Under the pieces are notes generated by a model. That model searched no databases and was not told the origin of the DNA. It was given only the letters and a program-made list of their open reading frames with translations. Position numbers and translations under genes: made by a program. From contig OY740821.1 of assembly GCA_963514005.1 (NCBI GenBank), positions 14,198,001 to 14,262,000 of the forward strand: DNA of 64,000 bases, given 5' to 3'. Each line of letters starts with the position of its first letter. The stretch's first letter is position 1. Below are positions 1 through 13,700 of the stretch, piece after piece. Source of the DNA: Raja brachyura (taxonomy: Eukaryota).

Positions 1-312
1 CTTCCTAAGCCTTCTAAGGAAGTAGAGGTGTTGGTGTGCTTTCTTGGTCGTTACTTTAATATGGGTGGTCCAGGAGAGGTTGTTGTTGATATTGACTCTG
101 AGGAAGTCTATTTTGGCACCGTCAATGCAAACTGGGGTATGTGAACGGCTTCACTTCCTGAAGTCCATCACTATTTCCTTTGTCTTGCTCACAATGAGAG
201 AAAGGTTGTTGTCTTGACACCAGGACACTAGGTTCTCGATCTCCTTCCTGTACTCTGTCTCATCATTATTTGATATCCGGCCCACAATGGTGGTGTCGTC
301 TGTGAATTTGAA
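1..312 (-). mobile_element. Rex1/Babar-like LINE RT fragment (degenerate)
   Basis: The minus strand reads as a decayed copy of the RT C-terminal region (DDTTIVG...EIENLVSWCQDNNLSL) seen intact at 20070-20888. Confidence 0.7.
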
Positions 313-1079
313 AATCACGTGCTACTAACTGAATTGTCATGCCAAACTAATCAACTTTCCAGACCATATCAAATGTATGAGAGGGTGGGTGAATTTGAAG
401 TTGCAACCCAAGGATCATGTAAATAGACGAACAAATGGCAGATTATCATTGTACGTGGCAGGAATGTTAGGATGCTCGTGTTCCAACTATGTCTGGAGTT
501 AGCTATGATTGACATTGGGAGATCTGGGGGTTTTAGTAGATGAGATCAAGATTTTAACACAACAATTAACAAAGTAACTGGACGCTTAACCTTATGGCCC
601 TGGTAGTGGAATGCAAGTTGTAGGGAGCTGTGGTCTGACGTTGAGTGCTGTGTACCATTACGGTCACTAAGACATTTGGCAAAGACACTCAAGCCCAGGA
701 GGTGAAGCAGAGAAGGGATTTGTTATTGATTCTTTAAAAACTTGAGTTTGAAAGATAAAGAGAGGAAACAAGTTGTCATAATATTGGGGGAGGAAAAAAT
801 GTGCTGATTGGTATGACTCGTCAATATAAGATGGTGAGTAAATGTGCCTCTTAGACCAAACAAGTCTTGCATTTGTGCCTCAATCAATTGGGAAAATTGC
901 ACCCAATTTCCACTTTTCACTGATTGCTTCTATAGGAATGGAATGTACAATGGTTTTGTATGGGGGAACGTTTCTCCATTTATCCACTCACCAGGTGGTC
1001 AAATGGTTCACTAATGCTAGCTCTTTAGACTCGCAAGTAACCAGAGGTTAATTGGGTAAGATTATACCACTCATTATAA

Positions 1080-1270
1080 TGGAGATGCTGGGATTTTGAG
1101 CAAAACACAGTGCTGCAGGAACTCACTGGGTCAAGCAGCATCTGTGGACATGCAGCATTTCGGATCAGGACACACTAAAGTCGCCTGTCCTTCCACACTA
1201 AAGTCGCCTGTCCATTCCCTCCACAGATGCTGCCTGACCTGCTGAGTTCTTCCAGCACTTTGTGTTTTGG
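1080..1270. mobile_element. Penelope-derived head-to-head inverted-repeat remnant
   Basis: The arm caaaacacagtgctgcaggaactcactgggtcaagcagcatctgtgga is mirrored by tccacagatgctgcctgacctgctgagttcttccagcactttgtgttttg. It matches the 3' terminus of the Penelope element at 27788-29146. Confidence 0.65.
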
Positions 1271-1520
1271 CCACAAATAATAATATCTACTTCCAGTTAA
1301 ATGGATCCTTTAAACAAAGGTTTCTTAAGGTTCGCATAACTATTATCGAACAGTGGTTGGTGCCTATGGAAGCCTATCTCTGCTCCAGTGCTATGCATTC
1401 AGGAGAAATAAGAGAAGTGAAGTGAATATAGATTGGGTTAGAAGTGTTATTATTGTGCTTGGAGATCTGCCATGTATGCTGTTTTGATAATATGCATTCT
1501 TTCCCCATTGATATTTTTAG

Positions 1521-2721
1521 TATTTTGAATACACCACCCAGTCTGAAATACGCCACAACATTGGCAGGCAGTTGTGCCTTCGAGCCATGTATGGCCAAGT
1601 TCTATTGCAGCAATGTAAATACATGGGGAAAGATACCAAAGTGCCAGGAGATGAACACTGGGAATTTTTAAATGTAAGTTTTGCATATGAATAAAAGTGT
1701 TGTCTTAAAGTGTGAGGGGATTGGCAACTTCCTCCCCTCCCGTTGTAAGGATGAGTTCACTTCAAAGGTGCATTCCATTACCTCAAAGATGTGAATTTAG
1801 CCACCAATAAAAATCAGAAATAGAACCTGGGCTGTCTTTCCATGAGAGTGAGGGGGGGAGGGAGGGGGGGAAGAGGGGGAGAGATATTCAGCTCCCATGG
1901 GCAGGTATGAACGGTGACTGAACTACCCATGATCTCCATGATGGGCTGAGCCTGATGTTTTTGTGGGATTGGTGAAGAGCAATTTGTTGGGTGCAGTATG
2001 TCCAATCTTCAGCTTGTACCCCTCTGTAAAATGATGAATATGTGATGTGTAATGTTATTGTGGCAGATATTGTGTCCAGGATTCACCACTAGGTTGCAGG
2101 TTGTTCCCTGGATTCATCAGCAGCTTTCGGGCAAATTATAGTTCCTTTGGAAGGTAGCTGTCAGCAGTTGAGAGAGGGCATCAGACCACCCTGGGACCTG
2201 AGCACAGAGGGTAGTGGGTATATAGAACGAGCTGCCCAGGGAGGTAGTTGAGGCAAGTATTATAACAGCATTTAAGACATTTAGACAGGTACAGGGATAG
2301 GAAAGGTTTAGAGGGATGTAGGCCAAATGAGGCAGCTGGGACTAGCGTTGATGGGGCATCTCGGTTGGCATGGGCAAGTTGGGTGAAGGGCCTATATCCA
2401 TGCTCTGACTCGATGATTCTGAGTATGATCTCAATGATCTCTTTTTGTTCAAATCATAAATTGATTAAATAGGATGATGAGCACCAATAGAAATGTTCCC
2501 ATGTGTGTCAGCAATGTCTGGAGAAGATTTGAGGGGTGGGGAGGGGCAGTTAAAGGGGAAGAGAAAGAGAAGCATCTATTTAACTTGAATTTCTTTGTTT
2601 CTTCAAAAAGGACCTGATAAAAAATTCTGCCAGTAATCAGTGCTTAACTGCATCGGGAAAGAATCCATCCATGGTTCCGTGCAACTCTGCGGACCTGCAC
2701 CAGCAGTGGGCTTTCATCTAG
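1521..2721 (+). CDS. GALNT6: Polypeptide N-acetylgalactosaminyltransferase 6, last two coding exons (ricin-B lectin domain): join(1521..1673,2611..2721); 5' exons lie upstream of the window
   Basis: tttttag|YFEYTTQSEIRHNIGRQLCLRAMYGQVLLQQCKYMGKDTKVPGDEHWEFLN|gtaagt ... aaag|DLIKNSASNQCLTASGKNPSMVPCNSADLHQQWAFI*. Phase 0 junctions and QxW lectin motifs. Closer to GALNT6 (YFEYTTQ..., ends WLFV) than to GALNT3, and GALNT6 neighbours CELA1 in human. Confidence 0.9.
2195..2420 (+). mobile_element. CR1/HER1-like LINE 3' fragment
   Basis: Typical chondrichthyan CR1 3' end (tggaacgagctgcc...catttagacaggtac...ggcaagttgggtgaagggcc). Confidence 0.7.
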
Positions 2722-5700
2722 TGTTGTCAAGAAGGACGTTGCCGCTTGGTGAACTATCCAAGTCGTTCTGAGTGGGGAAAACGCACACTTTAAAACATAA
2801 AAGTCGGCCTTGCTGTTAAATCTTTTTGTGACTCTGAATTTTAGCCAGGGTATAGAGCAAATCAGATTTACCGATTTAATTCTTGTTTTGTTCAGAAAAG
2901 AAATCTCTTAATTGGATTGAAAAGAATCTCTGCTACACTTCAAAAATGTTCAATTAAGTTTTCTCTGGCATTGCAGGAGCGATTCCTTTTTAAAAATCCT
3001 GTATCTTTGACATTGAAAGCAAGTGACGTGGAACATTTATAAGGTAAAATGTCAACTTAGTTGGCATTTAACGTAAATTGGATTCTGGATATCCACTGCC
3101 TTTGTTTGATCCAAAGCAGAGCAGGGTTGAAGCTGGTACCATTTGACTGGAGACTATTCTGCATTGATGCTTGGTTTTTTTCCTGATTCAAATGTGGCTG
3201 AAGATTCCTGCTGAAGTTTGAAATTCCTCAAATCTTGAAGTAGGGAAAAGAAAACACTTAATTCGGATGAGAAGTTAAACGGAGATCTCCTCTACCCTCC
3301 CAGATAGATGTACAAAGTCCCATTGTTTGGTCATTTATTTCATTGTTGTTTGTGGGAACTTGTTATGTCAAAATTGGCTGCAAAATCTATTTGCTTAACT
3401 GCACTTACTGCCTGTGGAATGCTGTGTGCACTGAAGTGAAAGGTGCCAGATAAATGGGTAAATGGGTAACGGATATGTGTCACTTCAGAAGGGCTTATTG
3501 TGGGCCGAGGGACAGTACTGCTATAGGGTTTTGGAGGGCGGAGGGAACTTTTAATTGCCTTTATACAAATGAAATTTATTTTCTTTTTGCTGCGTTTTCC
3601 TATTGGCGCCACTTGTGAATTTGCTGAAAGGAAACAGCATCAAACTGTTAAATGTAACTATGAAACATCACTACCTTCGGTGTTCCACTCAGCTTTTGGG
3701 CATGGATGGACTCCTACCAGCATTGTTCCTGGTTTCAAATGTGCTCAAGATCACTAAAGCCTTGAAATGTGGGAGCTGCAGAAGAATTGAAAATGAATTC
3801 CCTGTCATTTGTACCATACATGGTTTACAGTAGCAGCTGCACATTCACCCCTGCTTCTGAATTTCAGTTCCAGTGGACCCAATGCAAGGTGTTTAGCGCT
3901 GCCAGACAGGGTCAAATTTCTTTGCAGTTACGTCATATTCCAAAGGCAACTTGCAACTAATTTTCTCAATTTTGGTCAGCAACAGGGCAAATTTGTAACA
4001 AATGTTTATTCGAGGCCAAGATAAACTAATACAATTGCGCATTTCTCTCATTAAAATGTTGCTGCACATCTTCCCTTATTTACCCCCATAACTTCCCAAC
4101 CAGGTATAGTTGCAAGTTCATGCTCAATCTCCATTGAATTAACTGATTCCTATATGAGAAAGCAGTGGGAACTGTACAGTTAAGTTAAATGCTTCAAATA
4201 TTGGCACTTGTGAAAACGCTTTCAAAAATCGGCTTTAAGACGTGCAAGAATAATGGCCACTTGGGTAAGATGGCAGAGTGTAACTCGTTCCTCAGAACCT
4301 GTACCTATGGAATGACAGGGGAGGACATTTGCAACATAAAATCCAATGGAACATAGAGCATAGAGTTCACTGTGGTAGCTTTGATTTGTACTTGAGGTCA
4401 GTTGTCATTTAATATTGAATGTAACCAATTGTGAGGCTGTTCTAATAAATCATGGTGTGTGCGTTAGGAGTAATGTCATATCAAAGGTACAGTACTGCTT
4501 TGATACCCAGGTCACTTCCATCCAAGCAGTCATTGAGTTGTAGAGCTCTGGAATTGTCAAATGTGGTCTGGAAAGAGCATTAAAATCAATGTTACGGGTA
4601 AACACAGGAGACTTATTTTCGGTACGCTGATTGCACCAAGGTGCATTTCCACAAATATGCGAGGTCAGCAAAAAAGTGGGTCTGCACATTGGAATTGTAT
4701 AAATTAAGATTTATCTTGCTTAAAATAAATTGAACATTGAGCTGTATATATGTGTCAAGACACAGTTGAGATAGATTTTGGGTTTCTTTATGAAATATTT
4801 AGTTCCTAAGCTGTAATAATTGCAGTTTCTCAGAGTTGGTGGGCTGCACTATCAAACAGCATGAGGCTCTTTTGAGTGTGAGTTTGGGGATACTCTAGTT
4901 GAAAAATTTCATACTCTAGATTTGAAGCAACAAATGTTGAATTATATTTTTCTAAGCTTTTTTGAATTTATTATAATACTCTGACGTAGAAATCTCTGCC
5001 TTGTAATTGCACTTTTGCACATGTGCAAAGGTCTCCCACTATTAATCTAGCATTAAAGACTCTCTTTGATCTCATTTCACAGTGATAAAGATGATCCTCT
5101 TGTACTGCAGTAAATTTAGTTTGTCTCCCCAAGCCAACAATGATTTGCCCTATAACACTGCAAACCATGGTCATTTTAACCATCGATCCAATAGCCTGTG
5201 AATATTGCATTTAGACATGTAAATGTATTAAATTGGGAAGCCTGCTTCATATTTGTATGAAATATTTGCTGGCATTATCAGGATATAGAAGTGTACACAG
5301 GATATAGGAGGCAACATGCGGGAGAATGTTACTTTAACACAACCACCATTACTCCCTCCCCCATCTCTTACGATTCCAGTTTTTATCCTGATTTATTGAA
5401 CAGAATATTGATTTCCTGAAAAGTGAACAGAGGTTTGAATTTAATTTCCTAAATTTGCTATCTACCTCCATTGAATTCTAACTCTGTAGTTCTAAACAAA
5501 AAATCATTCAATATTCACTACTCTAACAATTGTATAGGCACTTCACCTTGTATGTTTAGACTATTTTTAAATGCAGGAAAGAAAATTAATAATAGTTTGT
5601 AAATCCCTCCTGAGTCTTACTAGTCCAACTTGCTGTATTAAAGAATGCCTCTGGATTGTAATGAAGCAAGATGGTATTTCTGGGGCAGTGACACAATGCA

Positions 5701-6360
5701 TCACATATTTTGGTGTTGTGTCTTAAAGACCAGGCAGGGCCAGAGTTCACTCCTCAATCTGTGCTTTTGTTAGCTGTGAAAACATAGACCTCTACAATGT
5801 AATGTTTTTGTCCAAGCAAATGGAAAATGAGCTGGGGTTGCTACTGGTCATTGATGTCCTGGCCAATACACTTCCCCCCCCCCCCCCCCCAAATAATATC
5901 AAAAACAGATATCTGGTCTTTTATGGGACTTTACTGTGTTACATTGTAACAATGGCAACAATTCAAAAAATAATTTATTGTCTGTAAAGTACTTCCGACA
6001 TCCTGAGTTTGTGAAGGACACTACGTAAATATGTTCACTTTCTCCATTAAGACCTACTCTAGCAAGTGAAGATGTGAACTTGTATTGGGGAAAATGGAAT
6101 TGCCCACTGATATTTATTGTGAGCTCACAAAAGCATGACTATGGGAGATGGCCTTTGGCGCCCATCAATCCACATTGCAGCATGAATCGCTGCTTGATGA
6201 CGGGAAGAAAATCAACTTGGAATTGATTGATGTAAAAAGGCTATTTTAAATTTTGTTGGGAGTTGTTCTAGAAAATGTTTTCTGCCATTGAGCACTGCTG
6301 AGTATTGTTTTTGCCATATTTGAGTTTGAATGACTTACTGAAATAATAAAATCATGTTTG
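2722..6360 (+). other. Probable long 3' UTR of GALNT6
   Basis: AT-rich, nearly repeat-free sequence after the stop codon. AATAAA occurs near 4444, 4724 and 6345. The end is not determined. Confidence 0.35.
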
Positions 6361-6619
6361 AGTTATGAAAATGTTGGGACATTATTTCATCATCGAGTCG
6401 CACAGCACAGAATACAATCCCTTCAACCCACCACGTTCATGCTGATCATCAATTTCCAATTTCCACTCATCTGATTTACCAGTACTTAGTCCATAGACAT
6501 CTTTGCCTTGGTAATCTGAGTGCTTGTCTAGATATTTATTACATTTTGTGAGAGAAACTGTAGAGAATTTAGAGAAACGGAATAGCAATAGGTGTCTCCC
6601 TCTTTTGTTTCCCCCACAG

Positions 6620-6741
6620 AGCAATTCTTATGATCCACTGAACTGTCAGCAGGGTAGGAAGTACCATGTCCATGGAGTGACTCACTTCATCTATGCAGGA
6701 AGATACAGGCTTTGTATGGAAACCAAACAAGTCCAGAGCAG
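6620..6741 (+). pseudogene. Degenerate elastase exon-7 relic upstream of CELA1 copy A
   Basis: Intact acceptor ttcccccacag| followed by SNSYDPLNCQQGRKYHVHGVTHFIYAGR, which aligns to exon 7 [28 protein letters not shown]. The GDSGGP motif is destroyed and there is a frameshift near MKPTV. Confidence 0.75.
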
Positions 6742-7207
6742 GTGTGGAAAGCATGTTTCCTTCCCTGAGGATATTAGTGTTTAATGACAATCTGGCAGCA
6801 TTCATGGTCATTTCATTTCCGTGGCCAACCCACACATCATTATCAGTGTGATTTAATTCAGTTTCACAACTCGCAACTTCCCAACTCACAAGTTTGGAAT
6901 TAGAATGATCAAGTTGCTATTCCAAGACTACAATCACTACACTACAATGTTCTAGGATATTATCACTCTTCATTACACCGTTGCAGCAAAATAGAGTGAG
7001 ACACCATCCCACAAATTGATGAAGGAAAATCAAAGGGTAGATGACCTGCTTGGATTTATAGATTTACAATAAATGCATTGGTAGAGGATCAGCAAAAGAT
7101 ATCTTTTGCTAAAGACAACAATGGGGCGGTTGAGAAAAAGATAATGAAAATAAACACTGCACAAGGTTTTCTGTTTATTTTTAACAAGGGCTAATTTTCT
7201 GAATGCC

Positions 7208-7500
7208 CAAGATAGACACAAAGTGGTGGAGTAACCCAGCAGGTCAGGCAGCATCTCTGGAGAAAAAGGATGGGTGACGTTTCGGGTTGGGATCTTTCTT
7301 CAGACTAAGTGGAGGGGAGGGAATCGAAGCTACGAAAAACCCAGAACAAAGCAGGGCTGGCAAAAAATGACCAAGGAAGGGTTGAGTCCATAATGGCTCA
7401 TTGTTGCCTGGGGAAGAGGTGATGCACAGGGATTCAAGGATGTGAAAAGTGGAAGTAGTAGGTGGGGGGAGGGGAGGAGAGAGGGAATGCAGGGGTTACT
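7208..7500 (-). mobile_element. Penelope-derived terminal fragment in the copy A promoter (absent from copy B)
   Basis: gacacaaagtggtggagtaacccagcaggtcaggcagcatctctggag...gacgtttcgggttgggatctttcttcagact, followed by a purine-rich tract. The paralogous site near 23760-23790 lacks it. Confidence 0.7.
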
Positions 7501-7525
7501 TTTTTGTTTTGGAGCAGAAACTGAT

Positions 7526-7545
7526 GTCACCTGTAGATTTTCTCA
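7526..7545 (+). promoter_or_regulatory. PTF1 bipartite site (E-box CACCTG + TC-box TTTCTCA), CELA1 copy A
   Basis: GTCACCTGtagatTTTCTCA, about 130-145 bp upstream of the TATA box. It resembles the mammalian elastase-1 A element (GTCACCTGTGCTTTTCCC) and is conserved in copy B. Confidence 0.7.
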
Positions 7546-7670
7546 TACTATCAATTCTGGCAGCCCCAAATAATGTCCAATGTTTAAATGTCAACATTGT
7601 GGCTTTATCATAGTTACAAAATTAGCTGAAAGTCTATCCAGTTTACGGCAAGTGATCGATATAATATGTG

Positions 7671-7678
7671 TATAAATA
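7671..7678 (+). promoter_or_regulatory. TATA box of CELA1 copy A
   Basis: TATAAATA 50 bp upstream of ATG 7721; conserved in copy B. Confidence 0.75.
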
Positions 7679-7720
7679 CTGGGCAATGAGATCAAAACGT
7701 TCCACAATATACTTGCCACG

Positions 7721-10700
7721 ATGTTGCAACTGTTGGTTTTAGCAAGTCTTGCCCTGCTTGGTAAGTATAATTTCTATTATTTTGCCTACTAAAAGAGTCG
7801 TTCTATTTCTAATTTCAAAAACAGTTTTAGTTGTTACTGACTAGAATATTAAGTGCCAGGCATTCGCCATTTCTAATACAAATGAGTCATGTGAAAAATA
7901 AAACGTACTAAGGAGCAGTTGAATTAGATTTAAACTTGAAGTCATTGACGTCAAAGACAGCAGTCCTAGGAAATTTAGAAAGGTCCCATCTCCAGTCCTC
8001 CCTCCACTTGTGATATCACATTGGAAACGGGTGAACACAAGAACTGCTCGACCCCATCCCAAGAGAAATGCCAATGCATCTTAGAATGGGGTAAATTCGT
8101 AGAATAACTGAATCGTGTTGGATTTTCCACCTTTCCTGGTACGTTAACTCCAAATAGAGTCACAGAATCATACAGCGTGGAAACAGGCCTTACAGGCCCT
8201 ACGGGTCAACATGCCCACATTACCATCATGTCCCACCTGCCTGCGTTTGGTCCATATCATTCCAAATCTATCCTATCCATGTACCTGTCTAGATGTTTCT
8301 TAAATGTTGTAATAGCACCTGCCTCGCCGACCTCACCCTGGAAACTAGGTCCATATATCCGCTACCCTTTTTGGAAAAAAGTTACCCCTCTGGTTCCTAT
8401 GAAATCTTTGCCCCCTTTCCTTGAACCTATGTCCTCCGGTTCTCGATTCCCCTACTCTGAGCAAAACATTCTGTGCATTTACCCAATCTATGATTTTGTG
8501 TACCTTTATCAGATCACCCCTCATCTTCCTGTACTCCAAGGAATAAAGTTGTAGCCTGCTAATCCTCCCCCATAGCACAGGCCCTCGAGTCCTGGCAAGA
8601 TCCTCATAAGTCTTTTATGCACCCTTTCCAGCGTGACAACATCTTTCCTACAACAGGGTGATCAAAACAAAACACAATACTCTAAATGTGGCCTCACCAA
8701 TGTCTTATATAACTGTAACGGATAACTAAAACTGTCGAAATCATTGAAGTTTTAAGTAATCATGAACTAGTTTCTTGCTCACAGACGCAATCTGACGTGT
8801 GAGTGCACCCTCTCCTGGCTGCAAGGTCCTTGTATGAGCAGCTTCCATGTTGTTGCCAATGGAAATAAGTTCACAACACAAAACTCTACATACTGATTAT
8901 AAATGGACAATTCACTCAGACAGGGCACAAGGATGGGTAATGAGGAAGACTGAAATATTGCATTGAGCTTTTCTGAGGCTTGGGATAGGATGATTAACAT
9001 GTAGGCTTAAGGCTTTGGATCACACATAGCTCCCAAGACCTGGCAAACAGGTAATTTTATTTGACTTAGTCAATTTTCCTAGGACTAGACAGACTGTCTT
9101 TAGTGCATATTATATTATATTACAGGACCAGAACATGGTGATGATGGTTCAATTGAGTGAAAGCACATTTATTCACATAAAGAGTAATCCAATACTGAAT
9201 GAACATGAATAAATTGCATGCTACATTCAAGAGACCTTTAGGTCTTTCCTAATGGATAAACTAGATGGGATAAATGATCTTCTTCATCTACAATTATCAT
9301 TTAAACTTGAAACTCATAAATAAGACGCATTGAACAGTTCTACAGGTTAACAATTTGACCCGACCTGCTCTGGGAGTTATTGCAATTGAATTTCTCACAA
9401 TACAGACTTCTTGAATACATAAAAATAATTTTAGGATAGCAAATATCAGTGAAGATGTAATCAAAACATTTTCTCAATGTATACAGGGCTCTGTTCTGAA
9501 AACAATCGAGTCATTGGAGGGACTGAGGCAAATCGCAATGCGTGGCCATGGCAGGTGAGAAAGATAAACCATTTCCTCAACAACAACGACATATTATCAT
9601 AGGTCTGTAAATTCAGAGAGAATGAAAATATTTGTATGACGAGGTCTTCATCACTTTTCCGTTTTCTCCCCAGCTTATCTCGCAATATTTTCTGCATTCA
9701 TATGAAGCTTTGCTTTTCCCTTGACCAGGTTTCTCTTCAAGGTTTGGCTAGTCAGTGGTACCACACCTGTGGAGGGACTTTAATTCGTAACAGATGGGTG
9801 CTGACTGCTGCTCACTGTGTGGACAGGTGAATGATTTTGATTGGTACTATTTGTCATTTATGCCTATTCTCTGAGTTCAGCCTGAGCTTCCGCAGGTGGA
9901 GTAAAGCTGGTCAAAGCTAAAAGAGCAACATAACCTAAAACTCCTTTAAACATTAATCAAGACTGAGTAAGTGCGAGCACTAGTAATAAAATAAAACTAC
10001 ACCCATTAAAAATCTGCTCATTTGGCACACTTAGCATTTTGGTGAGTTTCAAGGGAGCACACGTAATGGGGCTCCTGTAAATTTCAAGGCAACATGGGTT
10101 TTCTTAGCGGATTATCAAAGCATCACAGTATTGCTGGAAACTACCAAAAATGTTGGTATAAAATACTGCAACATACCATGCACTGATCTGACGTATGCAC
10201 TCCAACAACCTGATGCAGCTTTAACTCTTGTCTGTAACTGTAATTTCAATTCTTGTATTTCTTTCCAACTCTGACTCTCAACATAACTCACTCTGGTGAT
10301 CACTCGAGCACTTGTGCATGTGTGAGCTGTGTAAAACTAATTTCACTGTGCAGTGCATACGTGACAATAAAGAACCATTGAACCATAGACATTTGTTTCC
10401 TGAGTACAACTGATCAGTCGTCCAGTTTTTTGCAAGCCACCATTTAACTTTAACACAAGCACCTCTCATCCAGCTAATCAATGGTTGAGACATGTCTGTT
10501 CCTTTGCATAAAAGTGATGACACCTGTTCACAGTTGCCTTGTACGTTAACTAGACTTGCCCTAAAACCTCCATATTTTATAATGCAAAAAAATCATAACT
10601 GCTATAATTTAGTAAATGCACACCTAACATGATTTTTCTTGTGACATCTGTATCTTCAACTTGCCTGTTTGCTGTAAGTCTGTGAAATGGTTTTATTTCA

Positions 10701-13700
10701 ATCCTGTGTCAGTAAGTTAGTCTACTAGATTCTCAGAGGATGGTAATCCTGTTTGATGTGTTGACCATCATCATGTCAAGGTATTCTGATGAGAGAAGAT
10801 TGAGGTTTATCAGTATTTTTGATAAAAGTTCATTAATGGATTTCACGCCAGCAAGTATTTGAGCATTACTATTTCCAAATGATTTGGAGCAGCTTGGTTT
10901 GGAGCTGTAGGTTGGAGTAGGGGCCGGTACCAAGTATCTCAGACAGAACATAGGATACAGTGCAATGATTCATCATGTTGGGCTAGGTCCCAAAAATATA
11001 TAACGTCCTTACCTATTACACATATAAGACATTGGGGACTTAGGTGAGGATTCCATAGCTTGGTTCAGTGGCAGATTCCATGCCAGCAGCTCAGGTAAGA
11101 ATGGGCCTCATATTTATGCAGGAGCAGGCCTCCATCATCTTGTTAAAGTCTGCTTCTGCATTAAGACCCATGCTGTTCCATCAATGAAAATAAGTTCTCA
11201 ATTGTTGCAGCAGCAACATCAAACAATTTGCACATCAACTGACATTACTGATTTACACCCAGCAATTCTATACAATAGCATATTAAATGCATGGACGACT
11301 ATCATAGAATTTACCATTGCATCGTATTGGAAATACCATTATATTTGACAATTGACTTTCTATTTCAAACTACCACACTGTATATAAAACCCTGGGCCTA
11401 AACAATAGAATGTAGGGCAATGAAGCCACCTGTTTCTCACTCCCTTATCTACCCTTGCCAATCCCTTTTGGTTAAAGTAACATCATTTTTTTCACTTACA
11501 GTCCAATAACATACCGTGTCGTCCTGGGTGATCACAACATTTATGCGGATGATAAAACCGAACAGTACATTTACGTACAATATGCCATCATCCATGAAGG
11601 TTGGAATGGTGATCTTTCAGTGGGGTATGTAACAATATCATATTTTGGTCCAATGCATATTGTGTTGACATCAAAGTTATTTTGAAATCTAGTCTATTAC
11701 AGCCGCTACTTTAAGAACGATCAAAATCTCATAAAAACACTAATTGATAACTTTGTGTAGCAAAAAAATGATATATGCCCACACATCGATTGTTCAGTGG
11801 TCCACCACTCACACTTGTACCACATTTAATGGAACGTGTGCGTCTGTGTGTGAGAGGGAGGCATTCATCTCCTACACAGATCTTTCACCGAAGTATTTGA
11901 GAAGATGAGTGTTACATTCAACATCCAAAAGATAAAGGTCTTCTACTAATCTACCTCACTACACCATGTCAACGGCCTGGAAAACATGCACCGCTTCCCA
12001 TGTCTAAGAAGCTGCCTCTCAGAAAAGGTAGACATTCATATGAAATACACCACTGCCTTCAATGAACCAGAACAAACGTTGGTCAATTGAGGAAAAGGAG
12101 TATTTGAAGGTCAAGATGTCGTCACTCGCATGCTCATCCCCACACTCCAAGAATAGACACTATTCTGAGCTCTGTCATGGACAAAGGAAAAGATGCAAGG
12201 ATGTGCTCAAAGCCACCGTGAAGAAATGCAACATCCCCAATGACTCCTGTGAATCACTGTCCCAAGACAACTCAAGTGGAGAAGAAGCATTCAGGATGGG
12301 ATTGAGAAAAGAGTTCATGCATCAAGAACACATGGAGGCCCTGTGTAAATGACTGAAAAAGCAGACCCCCTCATGAACTAACCATCCACCCACCCCATCA
12401 GCCACCACCTGCCCCATCTGTGGAAGAGTCTGCCGTTCCTACATTGGTCTCATATGCTCAGCTCAGACCCACAAACCAGAGGGGTTGTACATCATCCTTG
12501 ATCCCAAGGAGATGCCTCAGGAAAAGAAGATGCTGACACATGGTCGTATGTATGAGGTAACAGAGGGGACTGCAGTTTGAAGGACAGTATTTAGGAGAGG
12601 AAGGGTGAACAACCAGGAAAGAACCTAAAACTGAATGTAATCCTAATTGTAGGCACTCGCCTTACCATGCATTTGCAACACGAGTAAAAAAATAAAATAG
12701 ACACTAATGCTGCAAATCCATTTTTAATAGGAATGATATTGCGCTGGTTTACCTGGCGCAGGATGCTGTCCTGAACCAATTTGTCCAGCTTGGAAATTTG
12801 CCCGATGCAGGTGCTACCTTACCAAATGACTATCTATGTTACGTCACTGGCTGGGGCTACACTTACAGTAAGTAATTTCAGAATCATGTGCATTTGTGCA
12901 TCTCTTTCCTTCCCATAAATGAGTGGTTGATGGTCGGCTCAATGTAGCTCCCTACCCCAGCAGTGTATCTGCCTCTTAATTGGTCTCTAAAATTTTCCAG
13001 CAAACCAATCAGTTCGAGAATGAATTGGGGACGGGCAAAAGGTTCTGGCTTTGTCCGTTACACGAGTTATTAAAATAGCAGCCCTTATTTTCACAGCTAT
13101 GATTTTAAAAAATCTTGCTATAGATTTTTCATCTTGTTTCAAGGACCTTGTAGTTTCTCAATTTTAATTAAGTATTGCTTGTTTAGGCACATTCCTAAAG
13201 TACCTGATCATCCCAGGGCTACAATTTCCTTAAAGCTCCTTGCCCTGTAATGGTTAAAAACATTGCTAATTTTTACTTAAATAGTGTAGTAAAGGAAAGA
13301 GCGCTCGCGTTGCAGCCCTGTTTCCACCAATCTTTCCACCACCGCGCACAAGAAACTTCTCGGCATCTGCGTACAACTCTGGCTGAACAACTAACCTTCT
13401 TTGTGGACTCGATAAGAAGAAGAAGATGACCTAAATAGTAAGGAAATGGATAAAGCCTATCAAATGGTCTTCAATCTGCTTATCGATGTTCCCATGGACA
13501 AATAGGCAATATGGTGCTAAATGTGATCTGAAATGTTATGTGGAGTATAATAATAATGAATGACAAAAATGCACTAGCAATATAGAATTTCTTCTCTTGA
13601 TGCAGACAATGGATATGTTAGTGCTACTCTTCAACAAGCTGCTATCGGGGTTGTTTCCTATGAAGTATGTTCTCAGCCTGCATGGTGGGGTGACTATGTT

